From positions 1-64,000 of the forward strand of contig JALXBF010000183.1 in assembly GCA_026991575.1 (NCBI GenBank): a DNA stretch of 64,000 nucleotides, in the 5' to 3' direction. Shown here piece by piece: positions 18,341 to 28,498 of this stretch (the stretch's first letter is position 1; each line of letters starts with the position of its first letter). A program made the translations under genes and the position numbers. The notes under the pieces were generated by a model. It was not told where the DNA came from. It did no database searches and saw only the letters and a program-made list of their open reading frames with translations. The stretch is from Planctomycetota bacterium. GTDB lineage: Bacteria > Planctomycetota > Planctomycetia > JALXBF01.

Positions 18341-19644
18341 TCGACGCACGTATCTGGCTGCTCACAATCCGGCTCGGGCTCAAGAACCTCCTGCTGAACA
18401 AGCTCCGCAGCCTCCTGACCATGCTCGGCGTTGTGCTGGGCGTTGCCTCAGTCATCGCCATGCTGGCCATCGGGGAGGGCTCCAAGCGGGAGGCGATTGA
18501 GCAGATCCGCCGGCTCGGTGCGCGTAACATCATCGTCAGTAGCATCAAGCCAGGCTCGCGCGTCGAAGATGAACAGCCCGAGTCAACCGGTGAACAAAGC
18601 ATTGAGCTGGTCGCCGAGTACGGCTTGACCTTCGAAGACTACGAACGCTTCCTGAGCACCATTCCCACGCTGGAGCGGGCCGTACCCGTGATCCAGCTCC
18701 GCCGCGACGTCATGCGGCGGCAGCGGATCCTGGACAACGCCCGTGTGCTCGGCGTTACGCCTGAGTACTTTTCCGTGCGCAAGCTCAGACTGTACCGCGG
18801 CCGGCTCATTGTCGACCGTGATCTCAGGCAGCGCGCCAACGTTGCGGTGCTTGGGCCCACTGCCGCCCTGCGACTCTTCGCCCACCGCGATCCGCTTAAT
18901 GGCGTGATCTACATCGGATCGGACGCGTACCGGGTCGTGGGAGTGCTCCATTCCGTGCGTGGCACAGCCCCTGTGACAACCCGCACCGTGGCCGAAGAGG
19001 ACCGACGGATCTACATTCCCATTACCGCAGCGCGGTACCGATTCGGCGAGCTCCAGGTTGTGCGGGCGTCGGGCAGTATCGAGTTTGAGAAGGTCCAGCT
19101 TCACCAGGTTATCCTGACATGCCGATCGATGGAGTTGGTGGAACCCACGGCGACGATGGTCCAGGAGCTCCTGGAACGCAGCCACAAGGACCAACGCGAT
19201 TACGAAGTGCAGGTACCGCTGGAGCTACTCCGGCGGGCCGAGCGTGAGAAGCGGATCTGGAACCTCGTGCTCGGCTCCATCGCAGGGATCTCACTGCTGG
19301 TCGGCGGCATCGGCATCATGAACATCATGTTGGCCACCATCACGGAGCGCACTCGGGAAATCGGTATCCGTCGTGCACTCGGTGCCAAGCGCCGCCACAT
19401 CATGCTGCAGTTCCTGGTCGAAACGTTGGTGCTCTCCTGCATCGGAGGACTGGTTGGTGTAGTCCTGGGCGTGGCGATCCCGCTTTGGGTACAGCATGCC
19501 GTGGGGATTCGCGTGCACATCACTGCCTGGTCGATCGCCCTTGCGTTCGGCATATCCGCGCTGGTAGGCGTTACCTTCGGGTTATATCCGGCACGTCGGG
19601 CTGCGATGATGGACCCGATCGAAGCGCTGCGCCATGTCGGTTGA
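18337..19644 (+). CDS. ABC transporter permease (MacB/FtsX-like), no ATPase domain
   Basis: KLRSLLTMLGVVLGV, ISLLVGGIGIMNIMLATITERTREIGIRRALGA and GLYPARRAAMMDPIEALR. Confidence 0.93.
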   Translation: MIDARIWLLTIRLGLKNLLLNKLRSLLTMLGVVLGVASVIAMLAIGEGSKREAIEQIRRLGARNIIVSSIKPGSRVEDEQPESTGEQSIELVAEYGLTFEDYERFLSTIPTLERAVPVIQLRRDVMRRQRILDNARVLGVTPEYFSVRKLRLYRGRLIVDRDLRQRANVAVLGPTAALRLFAHRDPLNGVIYIGSDAYRVVGVLHSVRGTAPVTTRTVAEEDRRIYIPITAARYRFGELQVVRASGSIEFEKVQLHQVILTCRSMELVEPTATMVQELLERSHKDQRDYEVQVPLELLRRAEREKRIWNLVLGSIAGISLLVGGIGIMNIMLATITERTREIGIRRALGAKRRHIMLQFLVETLVLSCIGGLVGVVLGVAIPLWVQHAVGIRVHITAWSIALAFGISALVGVTFGLYPARRAAMMDPIEALRHVG

Positions 19645-20145
19645 AGCACGGCTTGCGCTGCTTCGGCAGCGTCGGAACGGATGGTCCCCTGGAACGTGGT
19701 TTCGCGCAGCAGGCAGGGCACTGGGGATAGGGAATCTGGCCACTGCCTCGGCCAGGTGAACTTCCCGCCAACTACGTTCCGCGGCAGGATCGACCGTTAG
19801 ACCCGCGTTGTCGAGCCGACGGCGGTGATTTACCCGTTCAGCCACCGGCTACCTGACAAACGTAGCGTCGGAGGCATCCAGCCCCAGTTGCTCTTGCGGA
19901 CTTCCGCCGGGTGGTTTATCAGTGCTGCCGTTGCCCGTCAGTGGAGGTACTGTCTGCCGGGCGGGCGGTTGGCCAGGCGCCCGCCACCGGCTTGTCACCT
20001 CGCCGGAAGCGGAGGCAAGCGGCGGAGGAACTCAGCATCCATGGAGCTGGTGGTCACAGCGCCATGCGCAGCACCGGCGGTCGGCGCCTGCGCCGGCCAG
20101 GAGCCGGCAGGTGGCCCGGAGTGGACACGGCCAAGGGGCCGTGTT

Positions 20146-23100
20146 GTGAACGTCCTGCTCGTCACGGTGCTTCTCTGGGCTGCAGGCTGCTCGCGTGCCT
20201 TCTACCGCCTACGTGCGGACCGCGAAGCAAGCCAGATCCTTCAGGAGGTCACTGCCGAGAAGTCGTGGGAAGTTCCCCCCGACTTCAGCATCGATCCGCC
20301 TCCGGAATCTCGCCTCTACCTGGGTGGTGATCCCGATCGTCCGCCACTGCCGCCGCCTTATCCCCAGCTCTACGCGTACACGCTGCCCGTTGGCTCTTCG
20401 AGCATACCACGCCCAGAGCAGCAGCCCCCGGGTCACAAGCCGGATCGCCAGCAGCCCCCCGAACCGGCACCGCGAGAGCTGTTGCCCCCGCCAGCTCCCG
20501 AGAGCGACACGGCCCGGCCGGCGGTCTACTTATCGTTTGCAGCTCCAGCCCCACGGGGCGTCAAGCCCGCTGTGCTCCAACAGCCACTGCCGCAGGGTGA
20601 TCCGCCGCAAGAGCCAGCACAAGGAGGCCGTCCCAGCGCCGGTCCACAGCGCTCGCCGCAAGTCACACAGCGTCAGCTTCAGCAGGAGCGCGTGCGTCGT
20701 GAAATCACCGCCCAGCTCTTCATAGCCCCGCTGCCGTCGGAGGCCTGGCACGCTCTTCCACGCAGCTGCCTGATGCGCATGCTTGAGTTCCGTACCGCAA
20801 GAGAGGAATACCAACGCACGTTCCGGTCACCGCCGCCTGCAGAGCTCCGCGACCCCTCTCCCCGACTCGCGTTCGAGCAACTGTTCCAACTTGCGCTATT
20901 GAACAGCCGCGAGTACCAGGCCCAGAAGGAGCAGCTCTACCGGGCGGCGTTGGCCGTGAGTCTGGCGCGCTTTGACTACGATCTGAAATTCACCCCGACG
21001 GCCAACGGCACAACGGTTGACTACCTGCATTTTCGCTCAGGCGGTACAACCGTGAACACGCTTCGGCTGCCAACCCGGCTTGCCCTGCAGAAGCTACTCT
21101 GGAGCGGCGGGGACCTGCTTGCTCGGCTGGCCAACGATATCGTGCTCACGTTCAACGGGCCTCGCGGCTTCGAGTCGGACGTCAGCTCGCAGTTGCTATT
21201 GCAGTTAAGCCAGGCTGTGTTTCAGCGCGATATTGTCCTGGAGCCGTTGATTCAAGCGGAGCGGAATCTGGTGTACGCGGCGCGCGATTATCTCCGCTTC
21301 CGGCGGCGGTTCTTCGTTCAGGTTGCCACAGAGTACTATGAGCTATTGCGGGCGTACCGGCAGGTGGAAATCGACGCGCAGAACTATTTCTCACTTGTGC
21401 GGGCCTTTGAGCAGGCGCTGGCCGAGGAGCAGGCAGGTCTGCAGTCGCGGATCCAGGTGGAGCAGATCGAACAGTCCATGCTGCAAGGGCGCAGCAGCCT
21501 GATCCGCACGTGCAACCAGCTGGACAACGCCATCGATGCGTTCAAGCTGACGCTAGGCTTGCCCACCGAACAGCCGCTGAACTTGGACCTCGAGGAGCTC
21601 CGCCGGTTGACCGAGGAGGACGAAATCGAGGTGGCACGCGAGCGGGCCCGCCGGGCCGCCCGCTGGCTGGAACAGCAACTCGACCAGCGCCTGCCGGACC
21701 AAGCCGCCCTGGTCAATGCCAGCGCGATGCTTGCCCAACGTATCCGCGACTGGCTCCAGCTGCGCCGCCAGCGCGGTGAGCCGGTGGAGCTGCTGGAACG
21801 GATCGAGCACCACCTGGTCCGGCTTCAGGTGGAACAGGCCAGGTTCACCGCGCTCCAGCTCCACGCGAACTTGCACCAGCTCGTGGCGACGACCGAGTTT
21901 GTGGTACCCCCAGAGCTCGTCGTCCAGCGGGCGATCGACTACCTGGAAGCCTCCCTCGAGCTAGGCGAGCGCCAGATGCGCGCCGCGGAGTTGGCGGGCC
22001 TCGACCCTAAGCAGCTCAAGTCGCTGCGTGGCATGGTTGACCGGCTGGCTGAGGAGCTTGCACGCCTCCGCGGCCGCTTCTCGGAGGCCATCGGCCAGGC
22101 AGACCTGGCCGCCATCGAACAACTCCGTGACGACGCCGAACGCATCGCCCGCAGTGCTGAGCAGTTGGTCGCTCGGCTGGACCGTGCCATCGGGCTGGAT
22201 CCCGCTGAAGAGCCCCAACAGCGTCGGCAGCGAATCGGCCAGCTCGTCAACGACGTGCACGAGGCGGCCCGGCGGCTTCTGGACGAGGCCGGCCACGGTC
22301 TTGTGCCCGTTGAGATTACCATGGACAACGCGATGCTGACGGCGCTGTTCAACAGGTTGGACTTGATGAACGAGCGCGGCCGTGTGGCTGACGCCCGCCG
22401 CGATATCAAGTACGCTGCCGACGACCTCCGTTCCGTCCTCAACCTGCAGGCAACCCAGTTGATCAGGACCAAGGCCGACAGACCGTTTGGCTTCACGTTC
22501 GACGAAAGCAGCACCCAGCTTCGTCTGATCCTGGATCTGCCGCTGAACCGCAAGCAGCAGCGAAACCAGTACCGCGAGGCACTCATCGACTACTACGCTG
22601 CCGTGAGGCGGCTGATGGAGCGGGAGGATTCGGTGAAGCTGTCCGTGCGACGGCAGCTCCGGAATCTGGCACTGGCGCGTGCTCTCTACGAAATCAGCGT
22701 CGCCAGCGCCGCGCTGGCCGCTGAACGAGTCGTGAACACAAGGATGCAACTCGCGCTGGGGTTGCCCGGCGTGGCGGCACGCGACTTCCTGGAAGCCCAG
22801 GACGCGTACCGGAGAGCCTTGTCAGCTGTGGCCGATAACCGCATCGGTTACATTACGGACCGCATGCAGTTCTTCCTCGACCTGGAGCTGATCGAGTTGG
22901 ACCAGCGGGGTATGTGGCCTCAGTTCAAAGAGATGAACTACCAGCCTACGCCGGTACTCGACTGGCCTGATGATGCGCTGCCGGTGTACGGTACGATTCC
23001 CGAGTTCCTCTGGCTTTCCGAGGAGCTGCGGGCCACGGAACGAGCCGGTTACCCGCCGTTCCGCCATGCCGACTGGCACATGCTACCGGAGGGCGACCCG

Positions 23101-23151
23101 ACGCAGTCAGACGCCGAGCCGGTAGGTGAGAATGATGAGCCGTTCCGCTGA
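20146..23151 (+). CDS. Large TolC-family outer-membrane lipoprotein
   Basis: Lipobox AAGC. ALLNSREYQAQKEQLY, EPLIQAERNLVYAAR, LDLPLNRKQQRNQYR and RDFLEAQ. It follows adaptor and permease genes. Start is uncertain (ORF open from 19825). Confidence 0.75.
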   Translation: MNVLLVTVLLWAAGCSRAFYRLRADREASQILQEVTAEKSWEVPPDFSIDPPPESRLYLGGDPDRPPLPPPYPQLYAYTLPVGSSSIPRPEQQPPGHKPDRQQPPEPAPRELLPPPAPESDTARPAVYLSFAAPAPRGVKPAVLQQPLPQGDPPQEPAQGGRPSAGPQRSPQVTQRQLQQERVRREITAQLFIAPLPSEAWHALPRSCLMRMLEFRTAREEYQRTFRSPPPAELRDPSPRLAFEQLFQLALLNSREYQAQKEQLYRAALAVSLARFDYDLKFTPTANGTTVDYLHFRSGGTTVNTLRLPTRLALQKLLWSGGDLLARLANDIVLTFNGPRGFESDVSSQLLLQLSQAVFQRDIVLEPLIQAERNLVYAARDYLRFRRRFFVQVATEYYELLRAYRQVEIDAQNYFSLVRAFEQALAEEQAGLQSRIQVEQIEQSMLQGRSSLIRTCNQLDNAIDAFKLTLGLPTEQPLNLDLEELRRLTEEDEIEVARERARRAARWLEQQLDQRLPDQAALVNASAMLAQRIRDWLQLRRQRGEPVELLERIEHHLVRLQVEQARFTALQLHANLHQLVATTEFVVPPELVVQRAIDYLEASLELGERQMRAAELAGLDPKQLKSLRGMVDRLAEELARLRGRFSEAIGQADLAAIEQLRDDAERIARSAEQLVARLDRAIGLDPAEEPQQRRQRIGQLVNDVHEAARRLLDEAGHGLVPVEITMDNAMLTALFNRLDLMNERGRVADARRDIKYAADDLRSVLNLQATQLIRTKADRPFGFTFDESSTQLRLILDLPLNRKQQRNQYREALIDYYAAVRRLMEREDSVKLSVRRQLRNLALARALYEISVASAALAAERVVNTRMQLALGLPGVAARDFLEAQDAYRRALSAVADNRIGYITDRMQFFLDLELIELDQRGMWPQFKEMNYQPTPVLDWPDDALPVYGTIPEFLWLSEELRATERAGYPPFRHADWHMLPEGDPTQSDAEPVGENDEPFR

Positions 23152-24649
23152 AGCAACGGTCTACACGATCGGACACTCGACTCGCCGCTGGGAAGAGTTC
23201 CTGGAATTACTTCGCGAGTACCGGATCCGTTGTCTCATTGACGTACGCCGCTTCCCCGGGTCCAGGCGTCATCCTCATTTTGACCGCCAGCAGCTGCGCG
23301 CGGCGCTAGCCCAGGCCGGCATCGCGTACGAACACCGCGAGGAATTGGGTGGTCGTCGGACCCAACGGCTGCCTGATTCGCCCAACGCCGGCTGGCGCGT
23401 GGCTGGGTTCAATGCCTACGCCGATCACCTGCGCGGCACCGAACCGCAGAACGCGTTGCGGCAGGTACTAGAGCAGGCACGGCACGAGACCGTAGCACTC
23501 ATGTGTGCGGAGGCAGTGCCATGGCGGTGCCATCGGCAAATCCTAGCCGACCAGCTTGTGGCCTGGGGGGCGCGTGTGTGCCATATCATCGGGCCCGGAC
23601 AGCTTCAGGTGCACACACTTAGCGCGCATGCCCGAGTCGGTGCCGATGGCCTCGTCTACTACCCGGCGCAGCCCGAACTCCCGTTTGATCCACCGGCCGA
23701 TGATCCCGCAGGCGATTGTGACCGCCAGGGGGTGCCACCGTCGACCGAGGCAAGGGCAACCGATGGTGGCAACGAACCGACGGCCACTGTCGTTGCTGAC
23801 CCGGCATGGGAAGAGTTGGCCGACCGTCTTATCGGCCAGATCACGCTTGTGGTCGGGCGGGTCGGATCGGGAAAAAGTAGCTTCATCCGCTGGTTGGCCG
23901 AGCGGTGGCACGAACGGGGAGCACGGTTTGCCGTGTTGAGCTGTGACATGGGGCAGCCGCTGATCGGTCCGCCGGGTGCGATGTGGGCAAGCCTTGGTCC
24001 GCCCGACGCCATCTGGAAGGGCTGGTTTATCGGAGACAACTCACCAGTGGGAAACCTGGTGCCCGCCGTCACCGGGGCAGGACGGCTGGTGCGGGAGTTG
24101 ACCGCTGCAGGGGCCGACACCGTGCTGATCGACACAACCGGGCTGGTCGATGGCGGCTTAGGCCGGATGCTGAAGCTGCACAAAGCGGTGGCTGCGGGTG
24201 CGACGGCGGTCGTGGCCCTTGGGGAGGATGCCGCCATTGCTCAGATTACGGCGTTGCTTGAAGCCGCCGGACTGCGTTGCCACCGCCTGCCTCGCTCGCC
24301 GCACGCGCGCGACCGCGACTGGGAGGAGCGGCGTCGCTTCCGCGAGCAGCGGTTCCGCGCTTACTTTGAGCAGGCCGTGTTGACACTGTATCCGGCCGAA
24401 GCGGTCATCACCATGCACTGGGAGCCGGGGCTGTCTCCAGCTGCGGCCTCCCTGGCACCAGGCCGGCTGTGCGGGCTGCTGGACGAGCGATTCTTCTGCC
24501 TGGGCCTCGGGATCATCGAATGCCTTGCCCCCACGGGCGTCTTTGTCCGCAGTCGGGTGTCAGCCCCTGACCGTGTTGCCCACGTGATCTTGGGGCGGTT
24601 GCAGGTCACACCAGACGGCCGTGAGCTGGGGCGGATTAAGCCGTCGTGA
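23132..24649 (+). CDS. DUF488 domain fused to a Clp1/Grc3-type P-loop polynucleotide 5'-kinase
   Basis: N-terminus has [21 protein letters not shown] and [14 protein letters not shown] (DUF488). C-terminus has Walker [27 protein letters not shown] and [14 protein letters not shown] (Clp1 family). Confidence 0.8.
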   Translation: MMSRSAEATVYTIGHSTRRWEEFLELLREYRIRCLIDVRRFPGSRRHPHFDRQQLRAALAQAGIAYEHREELGGRRTQRLPDSPNAGWRVAGFNAYADHLRGTEPQNALRQVLEQARHETVALMCAEAVPWRCHRQILADQLVAWGARVCHIIGPGQLQVHTLSAHARVGADGLVYYPAQPELPFDPPADDPAGDCDRQGVPPSTEARATDGGNEPTATVVADPAWEELADRLIGQITLVVGRVGSGKSSFIRWLAERWHERGARFAVLSCDMGQPLIGPPGAMWASLGPPDAIWKGWFIGDNSPVGNLVPAVTGAGRLVRELTAAGADTVLIDTTGLVDGGLGRMLKLHKAVAAGATAVVALGEDAAIAQITALLEAAGLRCHRLPRSPHARDRDWEERRRFREQRFRAYFEQAVLTLYPAEAVITMHWEPGLSPAAASLAPGRLCGLLDERFFCLGLGIIECLAPTGVFVRSRVSAPDRVAHVILGRLQVTPDGRELGRIKPS

Positions 24650-27600
24650 CGTCCTGGTTCGGCTGCGCGGTTTCAACGAGCGTGAACTCGAGCAAGACGC
24701 TGTCCAGCCACTCGCTGCCCTCCTCAAGCACACGGTCGACGGCGTGCAGTCGGAACACATCGTCGTTGAGGGTGGCGAACCGGTCGGCGGGAATGCCATG
24801 GCGCTCAGGCTCGAACCAGCGGAACGCCTCCCCCGATAATGGATTGGCCTCATCGAAGGACAACAGAATGAACGGTTGCTGACTCGGGTCGTTGTCCGGA
24901 TTCTGTTGCCGCGCTTCTTCGAAGGTGCCGCCGACGACGTAGTAGAAGCCGTACGTGGCACCTGCGTCCAACGTCACGGTCTTGCGGGCACCGGGGCCAG
25001 CTCCGGAACTGAACAGCACGCTTCGAGCGGCGTTGGCCACTTTGTCGAGATAACCGTCATCGCCCGGCTTCGTGCCGTCCAGCGTGCCGTCAGGCCCATC
25101 GACCTTGAAGATGCCGATTTCGCCGGTGACCTCCCCGTTCCCGTCGTGGGGGCGTGCCAGGCGAGCGCGGAGCCGGGCGGTTCCTCCGGCCGGCCCGGGG
25201 GCTCGCACGGATCCTCGAGCGGGTGCGAGGGTTCCGCCTGGTGTGACCTCCACTACCATGTCGTTGAAGTCTCGGTCACCGCCCCCGAACAGATCCTCCC
25301 AGAAGTATTGGCCAGCGCCGGTGTACGGGTCCACAGTCTGCCGTACGTGATCGACACCGTCCGGATTGGCGCCGGGCACGGAGAAGAAAGCCAACGGGCC
25401 TCGGCCTGGCCGATTGTCCGGATTGGCCTCCAGCCACTGCTCAACCGAGGCATTCTGGATCAGGTAAAGGACCAGGTGCGAGCCGGCGGGCACCCTGATG
25501 GTGCGCGTTGCGCCGACCTGGTCCGACGGCCGGAACAGTGTCTGTCGCCGATCGCTACGCAGCAGTTTCTCGGCGTATCCCTCATCACCGGGCCGAGTGC
25601 CGTCGATCGCTCCCCCTGGACCGTCGACAACAACGACACCGACCTCATTGGCATAGGCCGCAATGCGGTGGCTCAACCGGAAGCTCAACTGGGTCTCATC
25701 ACCGGGGTCGCCCGGCACCACATAGGTGCGGCTGAAGTCCGGCGCCCAGACCAGCTGTAGCGGCTCGGCATCGGGCGACTGTTGACCGTTGTCCACGACG
25801 AACGCCGTCAGCTCGTTGACTCCCAGCCGCAGCGGGTGCCGGGCCGGGTTGAGCCGCAACTGGTAGATGCCATCAGAAACCTCGCGCGCAAGCCCGATAT
25901 CCGTGCCGTTTAGCTTCACGTGCACCTGCTTGCCCGGAGCGGCCTGCAGCCGAACGACCGGGCGCGGGTGCCTCGTGTAGCCGTCCACGTTCGACTGACC
26001 GGTGTCCGTCTCCTCAGTCAGGCCCACGCTTGACGGTGCCTCCGGCAGCGGACCAACCTGAACGGTGACCGTGGCTATCCCGCTGGTATCGACCCCGCCG
26101 TTGTCGGTGCCCCCGTCGTCACGCACACGATAGGTGAAGGTGTCCGTGCCGACGAAGCCAGCCTCGGGCGTGTAGGTCAGCGTACCAGTGGCCGGATCGA
26201 AGTCGCTGATCGTGCCATGGGCAGGCTGGTCGACGAGCTCGTAGGTGAGCGTTTGGTTTGCGTCCGGATCGCCGTCATCACCGACCAACTGCACACTGAC
26301 CGGCTCATCGCTCTGTGTGCTCACCTGCAGGTCCTGAGCGGTTGGGGCGTCGTTGACCGGGGTGATCGTCAGCAGGAAACGCTGGGTGTCGAACTGGTTC
26401 CGGTGGTCCAAGGGCAGGCCAGAGCGTGCCGTTTGATCGCGGACACCGACCAGCAGCTGGACCACGCCGGTCACGTCCTCCCTGGGCGTAAGCGTGATGG
26501 TCGCGGTGCCGTCCTGGTTGTTGACGATGCTCACATCCACAGCCGAGGAAGGTTGGAATGTGAATGGATCCCGCACCACGAACGTGAGCTCGTCGTTCTC
26601 CAGATCGGTTGCTGAGACCGTGAACTGCACGGGCTGCTCTTCGAGCGTCTGCTGGTCTGAGACCGGGCCAAGGAACGGAGGGTCGTTGACCGTGTCGGCT
26701 AGCACGCGGACGTTGAACCGGCGGAAGTCCGTGTTGCCCTGCGGGTCGCTCACCGTTACCTCGACCGTCACGTCGCCGGTGAAGCCGTCCTCGGGACTGA
26801 GCATCAGCACGCCGCGGCCCGGGTCGGTGACGATGGAGGCGTCCGTGATGGTGACCGCACTGAGCGGCCTGTCGTTGGCGTCGGTCGGCGTGGTGATGAT
26901 CTTCTGGTAGATGTCAAAACCGCTGACCAGTTGGCCGAAGATGGTGTGTTGGAAGTTCAGATGCTGGGGGGGCAGCTGGCTCGGGCTGGCCTGCATGTTC
27001 AGGCTGAGATTCGTGTCCGTAATGAAGAACTGAGAATCGTTGGTGTCATCGCCGGCATTTGCCATCGCAAGCTGGCCGAAGCCCGTGAAGGTCAGCTCAG
27101 GCCGGAACTCATCATCAAAACGCACACCGCTGCCACCGGTCCCGTCTCCGTTCGGGTCACCGCCCTGGATCATGAAGTCATCGATGATGCGGTGGAAGGT
27201 GAGGCCGTCGTAGAAGCCGGATTGGACCAACTGAATGATGCGACCCGTGGTGTTCGGCACGAGCGATTCGAACAGGTAAAACAGCATAGTGCCTGCAAAC
27301 GGATTCCCTTCGTCGTCCGTGCCGGACACATCCAGTCGCAGCAGCCGGTCACCGCGCAGCACGGTGGCCTGCAGTCGGCTATCGGAAGTGGTGACGGTAT
27401 AGTTCAACGCATCTCCCTGGGGGTCGGTGGCGTTGAGCGGGACAAAGAGCGGTTTGCCTGAAGCAGCCGTGAGGTTACCGATCGGCTGGAGGAACGGATC
27501 GTTCGGTCCGGGAATCACTTCATAGGAAAGTACGATCTGGTCGCCGTCGTCCAGCATGTAGCTGTCATAGTCGAAGTTCGGAGCCCAGTTCACGTACATC

Positions 27601-27980
27601 AGGATCCGATGGTCAGAGTCGACCTGATTGCCCATGAGCTCGTTGGCCGTGAACGTGGCATCCGGGTTATTGCCGGCGTTGCCGGCATTGGTTCTCCAGA
27701 CGGTGAAGAAGTCGCCCAGTGTGGGGTAGCTGGTCGACGGCTGGCCATCGAGCGGATGGTAGTGAAGCACGCCATCATCGTCATGCGTGTGCGGGTTGGC
27801 GATGATAGCCGTGTCAGTGACGCCGATGTCGGTCGGGATGGCGATGGGGGTATCGTTGACAAAAATGCTCAGGTGCTGGTGGACGTGGTCGCCGAGCTGG
27901 TAATCAGGACCGTGCAGCAGGACGCGGGCCTCAAGCTGTTCGAGCGTGGGTTGGACGCGACGATGACGCCGTCTGAGCAT
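24636..27980 (-). CDS. Exported multidomain cyclophilin-type peptidyl-prolyl isomerase with Ig/cadherin-like repeats and a DUF4114-like C-terminal region
   Basis: Leader [10 protein letters not shown]. Cyclophilin motifs [39 protein letters not shown] and HTIFGQ. Repeats VNDPP/VNDAP and [15 protein letters not shown], then [14 protein letters not shown]. Confidence 0.85.
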   Translation of the reverse strand: MLRRRHRRVQPTLEQLEARVLLHGPDYQLGDHVHQHLSIFVNDTPIAIPTDIGVTDTAIIANPHTHDDDGVLHYHPLDGQPSTSYPTLGDFFTVWRTNAGNAGNNPDATFTANELMGNQVDSDHRILMYVNWAPNFDYDSYMLDDGDQIVLSYEVIPGPNDPFLQPIGNLTAASGKPLFVPLNATDPQGDALNYTVTTSDSRLQATVLRGDRLLRLDVSGTDDEGNPFAGTMLFYLFESLVPNTTGRIIQLVQSGFYDGLTFHRIIDDFMIQGGDPNGDGTGGSGVRFDDEFRPELTFTGFGQLAMANAGDDTNDSQFFITDTNLSLNMQASPSQLPPQHLNFQHTIFGQLVSGFDIYQKIITTPTDANDRPLSAVTITDASIVTDPGRGVLMLSPEDGFTGDVTVEVTVSDPQGNTDFRRFNVRVLADTVNDPPFLGPVSDQQTLEEQPVQFTVSATDLENDELTFVVRDPFTFQPSSAVDVSIVNNQDGTATITLTPREDVTGVVQLLVGVRDQTARSGLPLDHRNQFDTQRFLLTITPVNDAPTAQDLQVSTQSDEPVSVQLVGDDGDPDANQTLTYELVDQPAHGTISDFDPATGTLTYTPEAGFVGTDTFTYRVRDDGGTDNGGVDTSGIATVTVQVGPLPEAPSSVGLTEETDTGQSNVDGYTRHPRPVVRLQAAPGKQVHVKLNGTDIGLAREVSDGIYQLRLNPARHPLRLGVNELTAFVVDNGQQSPDAEPLQLVWAPDFSRTYVVPGDPGDETQLSFRLSHRIAAYANEVGVVVVDGPGGAIDGTRPGDEGYAEKLLRSDRRQTLFRPSDQVGATRTIRVPAGSHLVLYLIQNASVEQWLEANPDNRPGRGPLAFFSVPGANPDGVDHVRQTVDPYTGAGQYFWEDLFGGGDRDFNDMVVEVTPGGTLAPARGSVRAPGPAGGTARLRARLARPHDGNGEVTGEIGIFKVDGPDGTLDGTKPGDDGYLDKVANAARSVLFSSGAGPGARKTVTLDAGATYGFYYVVGGTFEEARQQNPDNDPSQQPFILLSFDEANPLSGEAFRWFEPERHGIPADRFATLNDDVFRLHAVDRVLEEGSEWLDSVLLEFTLVETAQPNQDVTTA

Positions 27981-28177
27981 GGATGATCTACTCCCGTACC
28001 GGCGAACGTGGTGTTGACCAGGGCGGTGCGCCGGCGCACCGTGCTTCCCCAGCCGTGTTGCCCTATGGCGACAGAGTGGCCCTGGAGGATGCGACTGTGA
28101 CAAGGCCTACTGGCCAGAGTCCGCGGGCTCTGCCGCTGTCGACCGTGCCGGCGGCGGACTCAGCCCAAAGGAGAGCA

Positions 28178-28193
28178 CGCAACTCTTATGCCA
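28178..28193 (-). promoter_or_regulatory. Sigma-54 (-24/-12) promoter candidate for the cyclophilin gene
   Basis: The minus strand reads TGGCAT-AAGAG-TTGCG (GG-N10-GC), about 200 bp upstream of the start. Confidence 0.6.
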
Positions 28194-28498
28194 TGCCCGG
28201 CAAACTCCGGCCGTGCCGGTGGGATGCGACCGGTCGCGGGTCAGCGATCGCGGCCGACGTTCTGTACGCCAGCAGCACCGGCGACTGGACCACCAGCAAG
28301 GTGCATGTGGCTTCGTGCATGAGATGCTCCGGACGAGCGGCGGCGGCAGTGTTGGGGACTATGCGGTACTGGAGGCGGGCTTGCGCTGGCCACGCATGCA
28401 GCGGCCGGCTCGGCCTGGCCCGCTAACACGTGGCTCGACGCCTAGCCTGTTGCCGCGTGGCCCGGTAGCGCGTGTGCAAGAGCTCAGAGGGACGCTCG

